A DNA stretch of 64,000 nucleotides, from assembly GCF_018350175.1 (NCBI RefSeq), contig NC_058368.1, forward strand, positions 197,780,001 to 197,844,000. Direction: 5' to 3'. The notes below the pieces were generated by a model. The model saw nothing but the letters and a program-made list of their open reading frames with translations, did not search any database and was not told the origin of the DNA. Within the stretch, counting starts at the first letter, position 1. Each line of letters opens with the position of its first letter. This document shows, one piece after another, positions 62,031 to 64,000 of the stretch. Both the position numbers and the translations under genes were made by a program. The stretch is from Felis catus (lineage: Eukaryota).

Positions 62031-64000
62031 GAATAAATAAATGCCTACGATTTGAAGGTCTTATTCCTCCCAACATTAAGAAAACACCAAATATGAGGTC
62101 TTTGTTCCCAGGTGATGGGGCTCCAGCCTTTGGGAAACTCTGCTTTAAAGTTGAATATCTTGAAACCCATGTACCTTATATTTTAATAATTAAAACATCT
62201 TGCAGGCACCCCATCTGAGCACTGCCTGGTGGGGGAGGGCTGGGGTAATGTGTAATAAAGTCTAATCATTTCCTTATACTGCCAGGCTGGGCGGGCAGAG
62301 GGGGCTATTATTATGCGGCTAATTATTGCATCCCGGCTGCTCTAAGTGCGAGGCTAATTGCTCAGTGAATGAATTGTAGACTCAGGTAATTACCAAACCT
62401 AATGTGGCTCCCATCATGTTTGAGTAAATTAATGCTAAGGGGGGAAGCAACCCAGCTTGAAGGGAGCTGCCTCCTGCCTTGCTGTTGCTTGGGAAACGGC
62501 AGCGAGTTTTTTCATCTGGACTTGAAACTGCCCAGGTACACCCACACCTCTGGGGTTTGCTTTCCATCAGCACAGCTGCAAAAATGGCGAGTAAGATCTT
62601 ACAGCAAACAGAACTGACAGACATTTGCCACTCTGACAGATGCGTGGTAATGGTTGGTGGTAATTTGTACAAAAGCACTAGGAAGCTAATATAGTCTTCA
62701 TGAAGGTTTCTTTCAGCCCCGTGATCAATTGCTAAGTGAACAAATGTCTGATCGATTACTAAAGGATGGATTTCTGCACCAAATTGGCAATCCAGTACTG
62801 GGTTCAAGTTCTACGTCCAACATCAAGTAGCAACAGTACTAATAAACATTTATAAAGTGCTTATTACTTGACTGTCACCGTTCTAATAAGCATTTTGTGT
62901 GCGTTATCTCATCTCATGCAACAACCCAGAACATTTGCAGTAATTCACAGAGTTAGTGAGTGTCAGAGCCAGGATTTAGCCAGGCATTAAGAGTCTGTAT
63001 TCTTGACCATTCCGTACGTAACTACTTCTCTGACCCTGGGAAAGTCACACTTTCTGAGCCTCGGTTTCCTTAACAGTGGATCTTCTGTGGGTAGAGCCCT
63101 TTGCTAAGCCCGTTATAGATGTTGATGTTATTACCACAAAGAAGCTGTGGAGTAGATGGAATTGATCTAAGTGACCGGGTCACAGAACCAGTCGATGGTG
63201 GAGTCAGGGTTTGAACGTTGTTCTGTTTGCGGTATCGTGTGTTTCCTTTTCCCCAGTATTCCTCAAGTCGAGGATGCGTCGATCCCCCCGAAGGTGCTTA
63301 TAGACTGCTGGGAGTTCATGCGTCCTCCTCAGAAACACTGTATAAAGTTGGCCCCTGTCACCGTGACATCTGGGTGGACCTGATGTAAATGACCCGAATT
63401 CACAAAGCGGTGTGAGTTTATAAGGTGGCCATTCAGGTGAACCCAGATCTGCTTAAATACCTGCTATTTACTAGGAAAGTGAAAAACACGGAGGTGAAGA
63501 TCCATACCTAAGCCCAGGAATGCACACCCATCCTCTGCAGGCCAGACTCCATTGGAGACCCAGTGCCTCTCCTAGAGTCCTGCCACCGAGATCTCAGACC
63601 AGTTCCTCCATCCTGTGTGTACCAGCCACCATAGCATGGTAAACGATACCCCCCACCATGTGTTGTAACTAGAGAGCGTGCCCTTCTGCCTCCTCCCATG
63701 TCTGATAGAAGCTGCTGGCTTCCAGCTATGCTCCGGATAAAGGGAATCTCCGCTCAGAGTATCCACTTCAGTTCCACACCTCTTTTCTGGTCATTCCTGA
63801 ACAACTTGCTCATTAGCACGCGAGACACAGACACTGAGGAGAGGTGTGTGAAAGGCTGCCGCAGACGCGTGCCTGTGTTCCCTGAAAGCACGTTTGCTAA
63901 CACGGTCAGATGTATCAGTTTGGCTTTTCAACCAGGACACTTTCTTCATGTGAACGTGGTGTAGGAGGAGGTGCCATGGATCGCCTGTGAAAGCGACCCA

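Noticed and set aside
41900-64000. HTR4 terminal exons a (YTVLHRGHHQELEKLPIHNDPESLESCF) and d (RF)
   Set aside because: I found no match to the a tail, which probably lies downstream of the window. The d tail is too short to identify without alignment.
1-64000. CRISPR arrays, operons or other prokaryotic/viral systems
   Set aside because: The sequence is clearly mammalian intronic DNA. There are no regularly spaced repeat-spacer arrays and no long intact ORFs beyond the HTR4 exons.

Overview
This is mammalian genomic DNA from a felid (cat family). It is dense in tRNA-derived CAN-SINEs, including very young SINEC_Fc-type copies, plus L1, L2, L3/CR1, MIR, MaLR LTR and hAT/Tigger relics. The whole window lies inside the 3' half of HTR4 (5-HT4 serotonin receptor, class A GPCR) on the + strand. 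Recognisable exons: a 154-nt constitutive exon mostly hidden under an N-run (9520-9673); the 42-nt 'h' cassette exon (10808-10849); the 569-nt common exon (13786-14354); and the alternative C-terminal array. That array comprises n (stop inside the donor), a frameshifted homolog of exon i (~37251), b (38336-38426), c (40006-40066, with an internal motif triplication) and g/e/f (three in-frame acceptors at 56134/56155/56179). The a exon was not found and probably lies downstream of the window. I see no new biological system in the prokaryotic sense. The most interesting content is the splicing architecture: 240-304-nt AG-free zones, the apparent loss or remodelling of exons i and c, a CR1/L3 tail next to the exon b acceptor, and inverted young SINEs around the common exon. 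Other oddities are a twin-primed L1 and a 37-bp local copy of an LTR end inside a putative enhancer. All comparisons to human, rodent or repeat consensus sequences are from memory and need alignment. Repeat boundaries are approximate.
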